A stretch of DNA of 64,000 bases from Sedimentisphaerales bacterium (GTDB lineage Bacteria; Planctomycetota; Phycisphaerae; Sedimentisphaerales; SM23-30), in the NCBI GenBank assembly GCA_963666285.1, contig OY762711.1; one strand, written 5' to 3'. A program made the translations under genes and the position numbers. Below the pieces are notes generated by a model. The model was not told the origin of the DNA. It worked only from the letters and a program-made list of their open reading frames with translations, and searched no databases. Of this stretch, positions 61,850-64,000 are shown piece by piece; within the stretch, counting starts at the first letter, position 1; every line of letters starts with the position of its first letter.

Positions 61850-64000
61850 CTATTTTATTACTATTTCATTTATTGAACTCCAGTCACTATCACCATGGCC
61901 GTGACAAATAATACGTACGTGTGATGATTCATCTGTATTTGAAAATGGATAATACTCGTATCCCCCTTCGCTACGGCTATTACCTGAATACACATCTCTC
62001 CAGGTATTACTGTCAGTAGAAGTTTGCACTTCAAAAGAATAGCTTCTGGTACTGCCGTTATACCAGCATATTTCAATGCCGGTAACCTCTCTTGAAGATG
62101 GCAATTCGCAAGCGATCCATACATTTTCCTGGTCGCTGGCCCAGCGAGTTTCGAGATCATTATCAAATGCATTTGCCGGACCATTACCCGCCTGAGCATT
62201 TGAGGCACTATACACGCCCTCTACCACAAGGCCCCCGCGAGCAATGAGCAGCTTTTCTAATGCTTCCTCCGATGTATCATATGTCCATACAGCTTTATCG
62301 GTAAATACTTTGCCCTTATAAGAACCGCTAACTACAATCTCATTATCACCTTCGTTCAATTCAATATTATTCCATATTGCAATTTTGTGGTCATCAGGCT
62401 GCACCGAGCCGCAATCTGTACCATTAACCAGCAAACTGACTTCAGACAGATTTGTATAAACCTTAACTATTGTATCAGCGTCAACTCTTACCAAATTTCG
62501 TTTACTGGTCAAATGTAAAACCGGCCCAGTAGACCAGTTTGCCTTATAAAAGTAAAAAGCGTCCTTTCTGTTTTTTCTATCATGAGTAACCAATCCTTTA
62601 TCGTTCACACCGGGTGCGGCACCTTCATCACGAGAATCACTGGAAAAATCAAACATATTCCATACAAAACTACCCCAACACCCCGGAGTATTATATATAT
62701 CTTCATAATGACATTCATGCAAATATGCCTGCCATTGCTCCGGATGCCAGTGGCCGCCGGGAGATATTCTTTGCAGCAACTGATCCTGATGCAAAATAGA
62801 ACCACCGGCTCCATACTCGCTTACTGCAATACCCCTATTATTACCAGATTCATTATACTGATCCATCGCCTGGTCCATTTCATCCGGTTCCATGTTATAC
62901 CATCCAGGATATTTATTATAAGCTAACAAATCAGTAATATTATTTAACTCTTCTATTCTATGGTTAGTAGCCAGGACTGTTAATCGATATGGATCTTCAT
63001 TTTTTGCCACATCGTTAAGTTCATTCAACAAAGGAATAGGGTCATCTGTCTGCTGATGATACATTTCATTACTTAAGCTCCAGGCAAAAATGGAAAAATG
63101 ATTATAATTTTGCATTATCATTTCCATTAACTGCTGTCGAGCATTAGAAGCAAAACCGGAGTCATGCGTAATTTGATTCACCAGCGGAATTTCAGCCCAT
63201 GCCATAATGCCAAGCTGATCGCATATTTCATATGAAAGCCAGGCATGAGGATAATGCGCCATTCGAAGAGTATTAGCCCCGATTTCATTTATCAACTTAT
63301 AATCTTCAAAAATATCATCATCAGAAAGTGCTGCACCTTTGCCTTCACGATCATAATGACAGTTAACGCCTCGTAATTGATAAGACTGACCGTTCAGAAA
63401 AAAACCATTGTCTGGGTCAACACTATAATACCTCAAGCCAACACGCTTATTATATTCATCAACTTTATCACCATCATGCTGCAGCTCAACTTTAACTGTA
63501 TATAAATATGGATCCTCAACACCATGCCAAAGATGGGGCTGATTTATTGTTACTTCAGTTTCAATCGGAACTACTGTTCCCGCACCGGCTATAGCACTTT
63601 TGTATCCTTCGGCAACAACTTTATCATTCACATCAGCGATTGCTACCCTAATTCTGACATTAGCATGTGCTGTACTGCCATTATCAGCCAGAACACGAAT
63701 ACCCAATTTTGCATTTGCACTATTAACATTCTTTTGAGATATATAGACTCCCGGTGAAGCGTAATCCATAGGAGAAATACATAATATGTTTTTCGAAATA
63801 ATCTCAACCGGCCTGTGAATGCCGCCAAAGATAGTAAAATCACCTGATAAAGGCGCAACATCAGGACGATATGAATTATCGGCACGCACATATAACTCAT
63901 GATCTTGATTTTCATGGAGAAAATCTGTCAACTCAAAACAAAATGCGGTATATCCTCCTAAATGACTGCCAACTTCATCACCGTTTAGATAGACATCAGC
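61850..64000 (-). CDS. GH2 glycoside hydrolase (beta-galactosidase-like) with C-terminal F5/8-type C (CBM32) domain; 5' end outside the window
   Basis: GGYTAF, FGGIHRPV, RMAHYPH, WSLSNE, SEYGAG, NDKGLVT; NAFDND.ETRWAS; frame open to the window edge. Confidence 0.93.
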   Translation of the reverse strand, partial: ADVYLNGDEVGSHLGGYTAFCFELTDFLHENQDHELYVRADNSYRPDVAPLSGDFTIFGGIHRPVEIISKNILCISPMDYASPGVYISQKNVNSANAKLGIRVLADNGSTAHANVRIRVAIADVNDKVVAEGYKSAIAGAGTVVPIETEVTINQPHLWHGVEDPYLYTVKVELQHDGDKVDEYNKRVGLRYYSVDPDNGFFLNGQSYQLRGVNCHYDREGKGAALSDDDIFEDYKLINEIGANTLRMAHYPHAWLSYEICDQLGIMAWAEIPLVNQITHDSGFASNARQQLMEMIMQNYNHFSIFAWSLSNEMYHQQTDDPIPLLNELNDVAKNEDPYRLTVLATNHRIEELNNITDLLAYNKYPGWYNMEPDEMDQAMDQYNESGNNRGIAVSEYGAGGSILHQDQLLQRISPGGHWHPEQWQAYLHECHYEDIYNTPGCWGSFVWNMFDFSSDSRDEGAAPGVNDKGLVTHDRKNRKDAFYFYKANWSTGPVLHLTSKRNLVRVDADTIVKVYTNLSEVSLLVNGTDCGSVQPDDHKIAIWNNIELNEGDNEIVVSGSYKGKVFTDKAVWTYDTSEEALEKLLIARGGLVVEGVYSASNAQAGNGPANAFDNDLETRWASDQENVWIACELPSSREVTGIEICWYNGSTRSYSFEVQTSTDSNTWRDVYSGNSRSEGGYEYYPFSNTDESSHVRIICHGHGDSDWSSINEIVIK

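Noticed and set aside
1..64000. CRISPR array or cas genes
   Set aside because: No regularly spaced repeat-spacer array and no Cas-like ORF seen

Overview
Bacterial chromosomal window. The gene families (PQQ/BamB-like propeller, Planctomycete-type ECF sigma/FecR pairs, PEP-CTERM and dockerin-like secreted proteins) suggest an anaerobic, saccharolytic Planctomycete (Phycisphaerae); this is inference. The left part (1-28 kb) is mostly core: a two-component pair, a multidomain pectate lyase, TM1266 regulator plus hydG, GH43, SPFH, exbD, pyrG, kdsB, a CE12 esterase and cobA/hemD. Its intergenic spaces hold a mosaic family of REP-like hairpins. An AT-rich insert (19.4-25.9 kb) carries a beta-helix surface protein, a probably silent duplicate of its C-terminus and three PEP-CTERM paralogues with variable N-terminal halves. 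The middle (28-47 kb) has two convergent ECF-sigma/FecR glycan-utilisation loci separated by an IS. The right part (47.4-64 kb) is an island region starting at a 3' fragment of tRNA-Lys(CTT). The most striking element is an integrase-less cassette of about 6.9 kb bounded by TTAAGAGT cores and TGACAC arm-like repeats. It encodes a frameshifted secreted beta-helix protein ending in an animal-type protein-arginine deiminase (all catalytic motifs intact), followed by an immunity-like partner gene. An AbiE toxin-antitoxin pair, a DDE transposase and further glycoside hydrolases follow. All calls are by eye from the sequence and ORF track; no database searches were run.
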